NCBI GenBank assembly: GCA_048885525.1
Contig: JBHLLP010000032.1
Span: forward strand, 1-41,744
DNA from: Candidatus Hermodarchaeota archaeon
Lineage (GTDB): Archaea > Asgardarchaeota > Lokiarchaeia > Sigyniarchaeales > SOKP01
Direction of reading: 5' to 3'
DNA length: 41,744 bases
Positions 20,246 through 28,996 of the stretch are shown piece after piece (position 1 is the first letter of the stretch; every line of letters begins with the position of its first letter). The position numbers and the translations under genes are program-made. The notes below the pieces were generated by a model that was not told the origin of the DNA, did no database searches, and saw only the letters and a program-made list of their open reading frames with translations.

Positions 20246-20310
20246 ATTTTTTTCTCTATTAAAATTGTTTTTATTTAACTCCTCATAAAATCTAAAAGAA
20301 GAGAATTTTA

Positions 20311-21249
20311 TTAAAGCTGTATCTCAAACTTCAGATGATTGACTAATTCCTTATATCGATTTCGGATTGTTGCTTCAGTAACTCCTGCTGCTATTGAAAT
20401 TTCTTTCTGGGTACGTCGTTCTCCTTCCTGTATTGCAGCGACATATAATGCTGCACCTGCTAATCCCGTTGGTGCTTTTCCTGCTGTAATTCGATATTTT
20501 TTAGCAAGATTTAAGATAGATGCTGCTCTATTTTGAGTTTTTCCTGAGAGCTTTAACTCTGCACAAAACCGGGGAATAAAAAATATTGGAGAAGATACTT
20601 GTATGTTCAATTTAAGCTCCTTTAAAATTAATCTATAACATCGAGCAACTTTCTTTTTATCTACTGAAGCAAATTCTATGAAATCATCCAAAGTTTTTGG
20701 GATGCTGTTTAATCTACAGGATAAGTAAATAGATGCTATTAACATTGCTTCTATTGATCTACCTCTAATTAAGTTTTTATTAGCCATTTTTCGATAAATA
20801 TGTGCAGCAGACTCTTTCAAATCTTTAGAAAGATTCAATTGAGAAGAAAATCGATCTAATTCATTCATTGCATACGCTAAATTTCTATCAATCGATTTAT
20901 TAGTACGTGTTCTAACATGCCATTTCCTTAACCGATATACTTCAGCTTTCATTTTAGGAGTTATAGCTTTTCCAAATGCATCTTTATTTTTCCAACTGAT
21001 CATTGTGCTTAATCCCTTATCATGAAGAGTAAGTGTTGTAGGGGCACCTACTCTCACCTTTTTATTTGCCTCTTCTGATGTGAAAGCTCGCCATTCAGGA
21101 CCAGTATCTATTTGTCTTTGGCTTATTACTAAACCGCACATACCACATACAATCTCACCACGCGAATCATCTGAGATTACATTTTTATTACCACATTCTG
21201 GGCATAAATTAAGATTTTTTGGAGGGAATGAGAGATCCAATAATGCCAA
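20311..21249 (-). CDS. tfb: Transcription initiation factor TFB
   Basis: CPECG..CGMCG zinc ribbon, DTGPEWRAF, HDKGLST, RGRSIE, TEATIRNRYKEL. Confidence 0.97.
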   Translation of the reverse strand: MALLDLSFPPKNLNLCPECGNKNVISDDSRGEIVCGMCGLVISQRQIDTGPEWRAFTSEEANKKVRVGAPTTLTLHDKGLSTMISWKNKDAFGKAITPKMKAEVYRLRKWHVRTRTNKSIDRNLAYAMNELDRFSSQLNLSKDLKESAAHIYRKMANKNLIRGRSIEAMLIASIYLSCRLNSIPKTLDDFIEFASVDKKKVARCYRLILKELKLNIQVSSPIFFIPRFCAELKLSGKTQNRAASILNLAKKYRITAGKAPTGLAGAALYVAAIQEGERRTQKEISIAAGVTEATIRNRYKELVNHLKFEIQL

Positions 21250-21408
21250 CCCTTTAAAAATTCTCTTCTTTAACTTTCATAATTTGTCTTACACATTTAA
21301 ATGTTTGCGTTTTGAGGATTTATCCATTAATAAGAAACATAATTTATCACATTTGAAATTTAGATTAAATCGAAAAATTTTAATAAGTTCATTCTTTGTC
21401 TTAACATA

Positions 21409-21882
21409 ATGCGACATTATTATAAGTCTCATGGAAAACATTGTTATCTTCGTTCATTTCAATCAAAATGTCCAAAGTGTGGTGCTAATGTGTTATATTG
21501 GGAATGCACTCATGGAAGTAAAGTTTTTTTTGAATATCCTCCTTATGGAAAATTGGTGAGACATTTTTGTCGGTATAATATAGAAAAATTAAAAGTAAGA
21601 AAAAGGATTCAGGTTATTGTTAAAAAACCAAAAGGACTTTTAGAAAATCAATCTCCAAGTTGTCCTATCTGTGGGAAATTATTTAAAAATAAGATTAGTT
21701 TAGAAAATCACTTAGATAATACAAAGAAAAATGATATTTATCATAAACTTTTCTCTGAGAATAGAATTTCTTTTGTAAATGAATATAAAACAAATAATCA
21801 AAAAGATTTGGGTTACATCAAATTCCATGATCGACCAAAATTTGGTAAAATTAATTTAAAAAAAGAGAGAAAAATTGATTAA
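21409..21882 (+). CDS. Zinc-finger protein (N-terminal Cys/His cluster plus C2H2-like finger)
   Basis: CPKCG..CTHGS..HFC and CPICGKLF...LENH...H. Confidence 0.7.
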   Translation: MRHYYKSHGKHCYLRSFQSKCPKCGANVLYWECTHGSKVFFEYPPYGKLVRHFCRYNIEKLKVRKRIQVIVKKPKGLLENQSPSCPICGKLFKNKISLENHLDNTKKNDIYHKLFSENRISFVNEYKTNNQKDLGYIKFHDRPKFGKINLKKERKID

Positions 21883-21997
21883 AATTATCTTATAGATAAA
21901 TTTTTAATAAATTAGTATATAATTATTTTATAACAAAACTTAATGACTTTAGATATTATTTTTTTTTAAAATTACCTAAAGAAAGAGGAAATAAAAG

Positions 21998-22612
21998 ATG
22001 CCAGAAGATCCCGCAACTGCAGTTTATTATTTGATGCAATCAGATCCTAACATAATAGCAGCAGCAGTAATTAAAGGGAAGGATATTATTTATACAACAG
22101 ATAATTGGGATATTAGTGGAGATGTTGACAGAGTAATATCTAGTTGGGTTGGCCAAAATGCTCAATTTATAATGGTTTCTGGTGTAAAATATTCAATACT
22201 GCAGATGGAGACTGAACGGTTAGTTGCAATATCATTAAAAGGTGAAGGGAGTATTTGCGCGGCTAAAGATGAGGAACATAAACTTATTTGTTATCTTCAA
22301 CCAGATGGAGATGCCCGTGGTGCTATAATGGATGTTCAAAGAGCAGTAGGAAATATGAGTACAAAAACTCCATATATAGAAGCTGGTGCTGAATTGGGTG
22401 AAACTGCTTCTACGGGAGTTTCAAGTTCAGCAGGTACTGTTTCCAGAGTAGATCCTCAATTACAAGGTGAAATCCAATCGTTCTTAGCCTGGATAAAAGA
22501 TAGTGAAGGGTTAGCAGGGTATATTAATTATTATCTTCAACAAAATAATACTCAAATAATTTCTGAGTTATCAAAAATCTATAATGAATTAAGACAGATT
22601 TTTGGTGTATAA
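21998..22612 (+). CDS. Profilin-like protein with C-terminal helical extension
   Basis: AAAVIKGKDIIYTTDNWDISGD, SGVKYSILQMETERLV, GEGSI, LICYLQP match the pattern I recall for Lokiarchaeal profilins (T.NW.IS.D, G.KY....T.ER, G.G); about 80 extra C-terminal residues. Confidence 0.75.
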   Translation: MPEDPATAVYYLMQSDPNIIAAAVIKGKDIIYTTDNWDISGDVDRVISSWVGQNAQFIMVSGVKYSILQMETERLVAISLKGEGSICAAKDEEHKLICYLQPDGDARGAIMDVQRAVGNMSTKTPYIEAGAELGETASTGVSSSAGTVSRVDPQLQGEIQSFLAWIKDSEGLAGYINYYLQQNNTQIISELSKIYNELRQIFGV

Positions 22613-22797
22613 ACAGATTTAATCTGCAATAGAAATTCTAATGAATTTTTATTAAATATTCAATATATAATTATATAGCTGAATTTTCATCGCGATTTTT
22701 ATAACATAAATAGAAATAATAATCTAGAATTCAAAAGATAAAAATTTTTTAATATTATAGGTGATCTTAATAATTAAACTACTCATAATTTCAACTA

Positions 22798-23301
22798 GTG
22801 AGATTTTTGGCCAAAAAGAAAATAGTAAAGAAGAATAAAACGACAAAATTAAAAAAAACTAAAAGTAAGGCTATGCGGGAGGAAATGAAAAAGAAAAAAC
22901 CCACTAAAAAACCACTAAAAAAAGAAGAAGATTTAAAAATTGAATACTCATCAAAAGCAGATCTAGAATTAGATGTTCCAATTGTTCCAGAAGCACCTAA
23001 GAAAACTAAAAAATTAATTTTACAAACTTCTAATTTATCTAGTGATGTTTTAGAAAGAATAAAAAAAATTGAGTCCCCTGATATAAAAGTAGTATTAGTA
23101 AATTGTGAGCGTTGTAAAGCGGTTATCCCCATTCCGATTCCAAAAAAAGCAGTATTGGATTCAGAGTTGCCCATAGTTCCTATAAGTTTTGTGCATAAAA
23201 ATCTGCAAAAAGAAGATCAACATTGTTTAACAGTCCATCTCGATCATGATTTTGATATTCGAAGGCAGAGGTTATCTGATGTAGTTTTATCTTCTGATTA
23301 A
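22798..23301 (+). CDS. Hypothetical protein with Lys-rich N-terminus and C-terminal putative Zn-binding domain
   Basis: CERC...PISFVH...HCLTVHLDHDFDIRR; the start may be the TTG of LAKKK. Confidence 0.65.
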   Translation: MRFLAKKKIVKKNKTTKLKKTKSKAMREEMKKKKPTKKPLKKEEDLKIEYSSKADLELDVPIVPEAPKKTKKLILQTSNLSSDVLERIKKIESPDIKVVLVNCERCKAVIPIPIPKKAVLDSELPIVPISFVHKNLQKEDQHCLTVHLDHDFDIRRQRLSDVVLSSD

Positions 23302-23315
23302 CACATTTTATACTT

Positions 23316-23543
23316 TCATAAGAAAAAAATGATGAAAAGAGCAATTAAAAAGGGAATAATACATAAACAGCATAAAAATCCATACCAACTTTTCTTCCAA
23401 TTAATATATGCATTAGGATTTAAGATTACTTGACAATTTGGACAATATTTTTGTTTTCGATCAATAATCTTTACTCCACAATTATAACAACTTTTTAAGT
23501 CATTACTGAGTTTTTTATTTTTTTTTCCCTCGATTTTTAACAC
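23316..23543 (-). CDS. Small zinc-ribbon protein with C-terminal membrane anchor
   Basis: CYNCG..YCPNC followed by hydrophobic C-terminus WYGFLCCLCIIPFLIALFIIFFL. Confidence 0.75.
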   Translation of the reverse strand: MLKIEGKKNKKLSNDLKSCYNCGVKIIDRKQKYCPNCQVILNPNAYINWKKSWYGFLCCLCIIPFLIALFIIFFL

Positions 23544-23699
23544 TTTAGAGTTTCTTTTAGATTAAATTCTTGATATAATAACTTTTAGTGGCTACATTAA
23601 TATAATTTTTAAATATAATTAAATAATATAAGCATTTTTATAATAAAACATCAATTTTTAATTAGATAACTAGAATCTAAAAACTCAACTCTTAAAAAA

Positions 23700-24065
23700 A
23701 TGAAGCTCTTAGCTGAAAAGAATATGAAAATTGAAGAGATCACAATTTATTTAAATCTTTTTAAATTATATAAGAGTTTTTTGTTATTAATTTCTGATCA
23801 CCCAAATATGGGGATAGGGAACGTAACTTTAGGGAGTCCTCCTACAATTGAAGGATTAAAACCATTAACAGCATCTTATAGTTTGTTTGGTGTAAATAAA
23901 AAATTGATAAGTACTATTATAGCTGAAAGAGCTTCAAATATACTTAAAGCTCCTGTATTACTCCTTTTATTTTTAAAGAATAAAAAGAAGGAGGAGGAAA
24001 TATTAAAACCATTAGTAAATTTTCTGAATATAACTTTAGAGGAAACTCTTGAAAAATTAAAATAA
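23700..24065 (+). CDS. Proteasome assembly chaperone 4 (PAC4/PSMG4)-like protein
   Basis: SFLLLISD..IGNVTLGSP..SYSLFG..IAERASNILKAPVLL parallels the PAC4 pattern (SLFLWV..L.NL.VAM..STSLLG..LAQRLA..K.VFV). Recognised by eye only. Confidence 0.6.
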   Translation: MKLLAEKNMKIEEITIYLNLFKLYKSFLLLISDHPNMGIGNVTLGSPPTIEGLKPLTASYSLFGVNKKLISTIIAERASNILKAPVLLLLFLKNKKKEEEILKPLVNFLNITLEETLEKLK

Positions 24066-24227
24066 TGCAGGGAGTGGGATTCGAACCCACGAAGAGCTAT
24101 CTCACCGGATATCTCATAAATTATTATGTTAATCAACGGATAATATAATAATCAGATCTTGAGTCCGGTTATTTAGGATTAATATCCAAAAAAGTCCGGC
24201 ACCGTTGACCAACTTGGTTATCCCTGC
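24066..24227 (-). tRNA. tRNA-Leu(CAA) with two introns: 32/33 (24163-24193, 31 nt) and 37/38 (24111-24157, 47 nt)
   Basis: GCAGGGA/TCCCTGC-A acceptor, long variable arm, GTGGG-TTCGAAT-CCCAC. Removing two BHB introns (CCGG/CCGG and CTCA/TGAG helices) gives CCGGA-CTCAAGA-TCCGG. Confidence 0.9.
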
Positions 24228-24343
24228 TTGAAAAGTTTTTAAATATTTTATATATTCATTATACAAATTTATTATTTTAATTTTTTTAAAATTTTTAAAA
24301 AATACCAAAAAAGATAATGCTAAAAGTCTTGTCTAAATCGAAA

Positions 24344-24580
24344 TTAACCAAAAAATCCAGGTATTATCATTATAGACATCATCACTACTAGCATCACTAT
24401 TAAAAAAATACACTGCAATCTACTCCTTTTTTTCTGTTTTCTCTCTTGGTTCAGATAGTTATCTCTGCAAGCTTGACTACAGAATTTTTTATCTGGGGGC
24501 ATTGCCTTGCCACAAATAGGACAATGGCTATGAGGCCCCCATTTTTTTTTAATTTGATCTTTCCACGAAGATTGAGACAT
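24344..24580 (-). CDS. DUF2116-like Zn-ribbon protein with C-terminal transmembrane helix
   Basis: PHSHCPICGKAMPPDKKFCSQAC, basic stretch, hydrophobic tail. Confidence 0.82.
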   Translation of the reverse strand: MSQSSWKDQIKKKWGPHSHCPICGKAMPPDKKFCSQACRDNYLNQERKQKKRSRLQCIFLIVMLVVMMSIMIIPGFFG

Positions 24581-24653
24581 TTTTACCTCAATTTTAAAAG
24601 GGTTAATATAGGATAAATAAAATTAGAGGATTAAAATAATTTATTAAATATTT

Positions 24654-25364
24654 TTATTCAGAAATAATAGTGCAAATAATATCTTTTTCATCTCGCCAAT
24701 ATTTTTCAAATATTTTTAGATCTTTACCAGACATAACTCTTATGTTAATTTTACTTCTTTTCAAAATTTGTAAAGAAACTGTGTCAAATATGCGATATTC
24801 TCCTGCTGCCGCTTGTTTATTTTCCGTTGAATTAAGTATAATTTCTTGTAATTCAGCATAAGTCAAGATTTTCAACAGTTTAGCATCTTTAAATTTTTTT
24901 GGGTCTTTATCATAAATTCCTTCCACATCTGTAAGAATCACCAACTCTTCAGCTCCTATAAACTCAGCTACTTCTAGGGCTACTGAGGTAGTGGATTGTC
25001 CTGGTTGTAAGCCCCCCATAACTACCATTTTTTCAAAAAGCAATGCTGTAGAGAGTTCTTCTAATGATTTTGGTACTAATGGATAAGCAAAATCTTTAAA
25101 TGCAGATATGAGTAATTTAGCATTTATTCGAGACAGGTCAATACCAAATGTATCGCACAATGCTTCATTCTCTTGAAAAAATCTTACTGCACTAATATAT
25201 TCTCTTGCAATGGTACCACCACCACAAACAATAACATGCATTCCAGAATATTTCATATTTTTGAAGATTCGACAGAAATTTTGAATCTTTTCTATATCAA
25301 GGACTTCATCTTCAGTAAATAATAATGATCCCCCGATTTTTATTACAGTATTTCTATTTTTCAT
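24654..25364 (-). CDS. pyrH: UMP kinase
   Basis: KIGGS, GGGTIAREYI, GGLQPGQSTT, TDVEGIYDKDP. Confidence 0.93.
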   Translation of the reverse strand: MKNRNTVIKIGGSLLFTEDEVLDIEKIQNFCRIFKNMKYSGMHVIVCGGGTIAREYISAVRFFQENEALCDTFGIDLSRINAKLLISAFKDFAYPLVPKSLEELSTALLFEKMVVMGGLQPGQSTTSVALEVAEFIGAEELVILTDVEGIYDKDPKKFKDAKLLKILTYAELQEIILNSTENKQAAAGEYRIFDTVSLQILKRSKINIRVMSGKDLKIFEKYWRDEKDIICTIISE

Positions 25365-25428
25365 AATATTTTCATTAAGATCTTCTTTGTATTAATATAA
25401 GTGGTTCAGATAAATTAAGTTATTTTAG

Positions 25429-26409
25429 TTGATGTCAAAAAGAACAAAAAAAATTGCATTCGAAGTACCACATAGAATATCCGGATTTTTTGAGATCGTT
25501 GATAAAATTAATGGAGTTAAAATCAAGGATCCCACTAGAATAGGATCTCGAGGAGCAGGTTTTTGCGTTAATGCAGTAGGAAAAACAGAGATTTTAGTTC
25601 AGATAATTGAAGAAAGAATCGAACCTAGCATAGAGATTTATATTAATGGAAAAAATTTTAATCAGAAGGCAGAAACAACACATTTTATAGTCAATTATAT
25701 ACAAAAATATATTAATAAACCCTATAATATTAGGATTAATCACTCTTTTGACCTACCAGTTGGATGTGGTTATGGAGCTAGTGGTTCTGGGGCACTAGGT
25801 ACTATATTTGGTTTAGATTATTTGTTTAATTTGAACTTAACTTATCAAGACAAGGGAATGATTGCTCATATTGCTGAGGTTGTAAACCGAACAGGTTTAG
25901 GAACTGTCTGTGGTCAATTAAATGGAGGAATGGGGATCTTGAAAGAACCGGGATTCCCATGTGTATATGAGAGGATTAAAGTACCACAGAATTTAAAAAT
26001 TATCTGCGGATCATTTGGAGTGATTCATACAAAATCGATATTAACGGATCCTACCTTAAATGTAAAAATTATTGAAGCTGGTAAAAAAGCTCTGGAGAAG
26101 TTGATTATAGACCCAAATATTAAAACATTTATGGAAGCATCGATTGAGTTTGTGAAGAATACTGAAATGCTTGATATTTTAGAATTGCCAAAAATAAAAG
26201 AGTTAATGGACGATTTGAACAAATTAGACATTATTGGAGCAAGTATGAATCAGTTAGGGCGTTCTGTCTATGCAATATGTAGAAAAGATAAGGAAAAGGA
26301 GATTTTAGGTATTTTTGAGTGCTATAAACCAGAAATTAAAATCTTTAATACCTCTATTCATGAAAAATCGTCAATTATTTTAAAGCATAACGAAGATACA
26401 ATTAATTAA
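25429..26409 (+). CDS. pok: Pantoate kinase (archaeal GHMP kinase)
   Basis: PHRISGFF, GSRGAG, LPVGCGYGASG, AHIAEV..TGLGTV, SMNQLG. Confidence 0.9.
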   Translation: MMSKRTKKIAFEVPHRISGFFEIVDKINGVKIKDPTRIGSRGAGFCVNAVGKTEILVQIIEERIEPSIEIYINGKNFNQKAETTHFIVNYIQKYINKPYNIRINHSFDLPVGCGYGASGSGALGTIFGLDYLFNLNLTYQDKGMIAHIAEVVNRTGLGTVCGQLNGGMGILKEPGFPCVYERIKVPQNLKIICGSFGVIHTKSILTDPTLNVKIIEAGKKALEKLIIDPNIKTFMEASIEFVKNTEMLDILELPKIKELMDDLNKLDIIGASMNQLGRSVYAICRKDKEKEILGIFECYKPEIKIFNTSIHEKSSIILKHNEDTIN

Positions 26410-26507
26410 ACTACCTATTACCAAACATAATTTTTTCAAAAAAAAAATAGAACTTACTAATATTAATAAGATTTTTTTGTGTATATTCTGGTATAACAAT
26501 CATTGAG

Positions 26508-27242
26508 TTATTTTCTATATAACTCTCTTTTAAACTCCTCAATAAGTTCCGTTTTAATCGATCCATTGTTTCTATCATAACCTTCACATACTACAGATCT
26601 TATCCCTATAATATCAGGTGAGATATCATTTATAAGAGAAATATCTTTCTTTCTTAAATTTCCTGCTAATGCTACTTTAAGATTATATTCCTTTGCTCTT
26701 TTGGTAAATTCAATTAATTGATTGTAATTCAGAAAATCAAAAAGTCCCTTGTCATCCTTAATGTAAGTATCAAGCATGGCAATATCAGAGCCAGATTCTG
26801 ATGCAATAGTGGGAATACTCATAAATTCTGGTGAGGATTCCATGCGTAAACGATCAGCATATCCTGCTGCTACAATTTTAATATTATCATTATATCCTTT
26901 TACTGCTTTAACAACGTTTTTCATCAATTTTATTGCATGTTCTTCGTTCTTAGGCCCTTTTAATCCAACTTTAATTATATCTGCTCCAGATACTGCTGCT
27001 CCTAAAGCTGCTAATGAAGCTGAACCCGGTAAATTAGGAAAATCTCCGATAGTAGCACTTAATAGTTGATGACTTTGGTGAGGAATTAGGTCTTTCATTT
27101 CCTTAATAATCCAAGGAAAATTTGCCCCTAAAGATCCCTCCTCAGGATTTTTACAGTCAATATACTCTATTTGATTAGCAATAACGATTTTTGCTTCTTC
27201 AATCGTTTTTGGACTGATTAAAAGTTTGACTTTATGGGGCAT
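26508..27242 (-). CDS. mfnB: (5-formylfuran-3-yl)methyl phosphate synthase (methanofuran biosynthesis)
   Basis: LLISP..EEA, DCKNPEEGSLGANFPW, SATIGD, IKVGL, MLDT..KD, ALAG. Confidence 0.92.
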   Translation of the reverse strand: MPHKVKLLISPKTIEEAKIVIANQIEYIDCKNPEEGSLGANFPWIIKEMKDLIPHQSHQLLSATIGDFPNLPGSASLAALGAAVSGADIIKVGLKGPKNEEHAIKLMKNVVKAVKGYNDNIKIVAAGYADRLRMESSPEFMSIPTIASESGSDIAMLDTYIKDDKGLFDFLNYNQLIEFTKRAKEYNLKVALAGNLRKKDISLINDISPDIIGIRSVVCEGYDRNNGSIKTELIEEFKRELYRK

Positions 27243-27507
27243 TTTGTATCATATATAATGTAAAAAAATTAAAAAATTTATTTAGCGTTGGAAAATAAGA
27301 AAATAATTTCATTTTAATTAAATAAGGAGGTTACCCGTTTATTCTCAATTATTACTTAATAATATTAGTGTAGGGTTAAAAATTTTATAAATTTAAGATT
27401 TTATAAAAAGAATAGAGAGATCCAAAATATTTATTTTTGTAAAATTTTATATAAAAATTTAAATTAATTCAACCTTATTAAATATAAAAATTAATAACGA
27501 GTTTATT

Positions 27508-28035
27508 ATGTCACCTAAAGAAATTACAAAAGTGGATATTACTAATGAAGTATTTAAAGAACCAATAGAAGTAATTAAACAGTTATCAGCAAACTTAGAC
27601 CTAAAATACACTAAAGTAATACAAACTTATGTTATGGAAGATCGAAAGTTGAATTTATCATTGGAGGATCAAGGTTCTAGTTACTTCAAAGGTAAAGTTG
27701 TCTGGATTGGCAATAAGAAGGATGATACAGAGGGGTCCGTATTTTGTGTTGATACGAGAGACGAATTGAAACAAATTACTCCTACTGCAGAAAATACTGA
27801 AAATGTAACATTAGATATAAAAAAAGACTTAATAAAGGTATCTACTGCTTCAAAAACAAAATGTTCTGTATGTGGAAAAAACATAGAAATTTTTGATGAA
27901 GTAACTGGCTGTCCGATTTGTGAAGCAAAAGCACATAAAGAGCATCTAACAGATTGGGTTAGAATGAAACATACGTGTCCCGTTTGCAAAAAATCTTTAA
28001 ATGTTTCGAGTACTGGTGTAATATTTATAGACTAA
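27508..28035 (+). CDS. Protein with C-terminal RING-like finger (putative E3 ligase)
   Basis: CSVC-x12-CPIC-x4-HKEH-x3-W-x6-CPVC, with RING-typical W and CPxC spacing. Confidence 0.72.
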   Translation: MSPKEITKVDITNEVFKEPIEVIKQLSANLDLKYTKVIQTYVMEDRKLNLSLEDQGSSYFKGKVVWIGNKKDDTEGSVFCVDTRDELKQITPTAENTENVTLDIKKDLIKVSTASKTKCSVCGKNIEIFDEVTGCPICEAKAHKEHLTDWVRMKHTCPVCKKSLNVSSTGVIFID

Positions 28036-28041
28036 ATTCCT

Positions 28042-28788
28042 TTAATGTAAATTTCTTAATTTTTTAATATCTATTGTTCCATCATATAAAGCTGTTGCAA
28101 TTAATACTCCAGAGAATTTATGTACTTTATAATCTAAAATATCAGTATAATTTTTTATCCCTCCACCAACAAAGACATTTCCCATGAAATTGTGCAAGAT
28201 ATCCAAATATAGTGAAGGAATTCCTCCAATTTTCTGACCTACCCTAAATAAATCTAAAAGAATTAGATTTTTAATACCTAGTGATTCAATTTTTTTTATA
28301 AGTTTTAAAGGTTCTTGATCCTTTATATCCTTAGCACTTGATAAGATCTGTCCATTATACATATCTAAACTTATAATAATATTATTTTTATTTAAGATTT
28401 CTAAACTTTGATTTATTACTTCAAAATTTTTTACAGTTTCTAATCCAATAATTAGGTTTTTAATCTTAAATCTTGAAAAATGATAAATATCTTCAAGATC
28501 CATTATTCCTGGATCCAATAGTATTTCTATATCTGAAATGTCTAAAATTTGTTTTAAAATTTGGAAATTTGGAGTTTTTTTTATGATAGAATCTAAATCT
28601 GCCACATAAAACTCTTGAATCTCGAATTTATTTTTAATAATTTGAATAATTTCTACAGGGTTAGGTGATTGAAATAAATAAGATCTTAGAGGTTTATATT
28701 CTGTTCTTTCCCCCTTAATGGCGTGAACTGCTATAGAATTCAAAATATCTATTACGGGTATAATTTTAAACTTTGACATAGACACCAT
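28042..28788 (-). CDS. HisA/HisF-related TIM-barrel protein (hisAF_rel type, C1-cofactor associated)
   Basis: IIPVID..AVHA..GER..YKP, YVADLD, GLET, SLD, LDLFRVG, VGGGI, ATALYDG. Confidence 0.82.
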   Translation of the reverse strand: MVSMSKFKIIPVIDILNSIAVHAIKGERTEYKPLRSYLFQSPNPVEIIQIIKNKFEIQEFYVADLDSIIKKTPNFQILKQILDISDIEILLDPGIMDLEDIYHFSRFKIKNLIIGLETVKNFEVINQSLEILNKNNIIISLDMYNGQILSSAKDIKDQEPLKLIKKIESLGIKNLILLDLFRVGQKIGGIPSLYLDILHNFMGNVFVGGGIKNYTDILDYKVHKFSGVLIATALYDGTIDIKKLRNLH

Positions 28789-28996
28789 CGAAACATAATT
28801 AACTGAACTCTTATGGTGAATTTGAATATTAATTATCTCAATTTAAAGGACTCAATTAAAATATTTGAATAAATTACCTTTATCTAATACTCTTTAATTT
28901 TAAAAGAAGATGTTTTTTTAATTACAAATAAATAATTTTTTTTTTAAATAATCCCTACTAAATAAATTTTAAAACGAGAGCAATTTTTATACGATT

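Noticed and set aside
23876-24136. 86-aa minus-strand ORF
   Set aside because: It overlaps tRNA-Leu(CAA) and is antisense to the PAC4-like gene.
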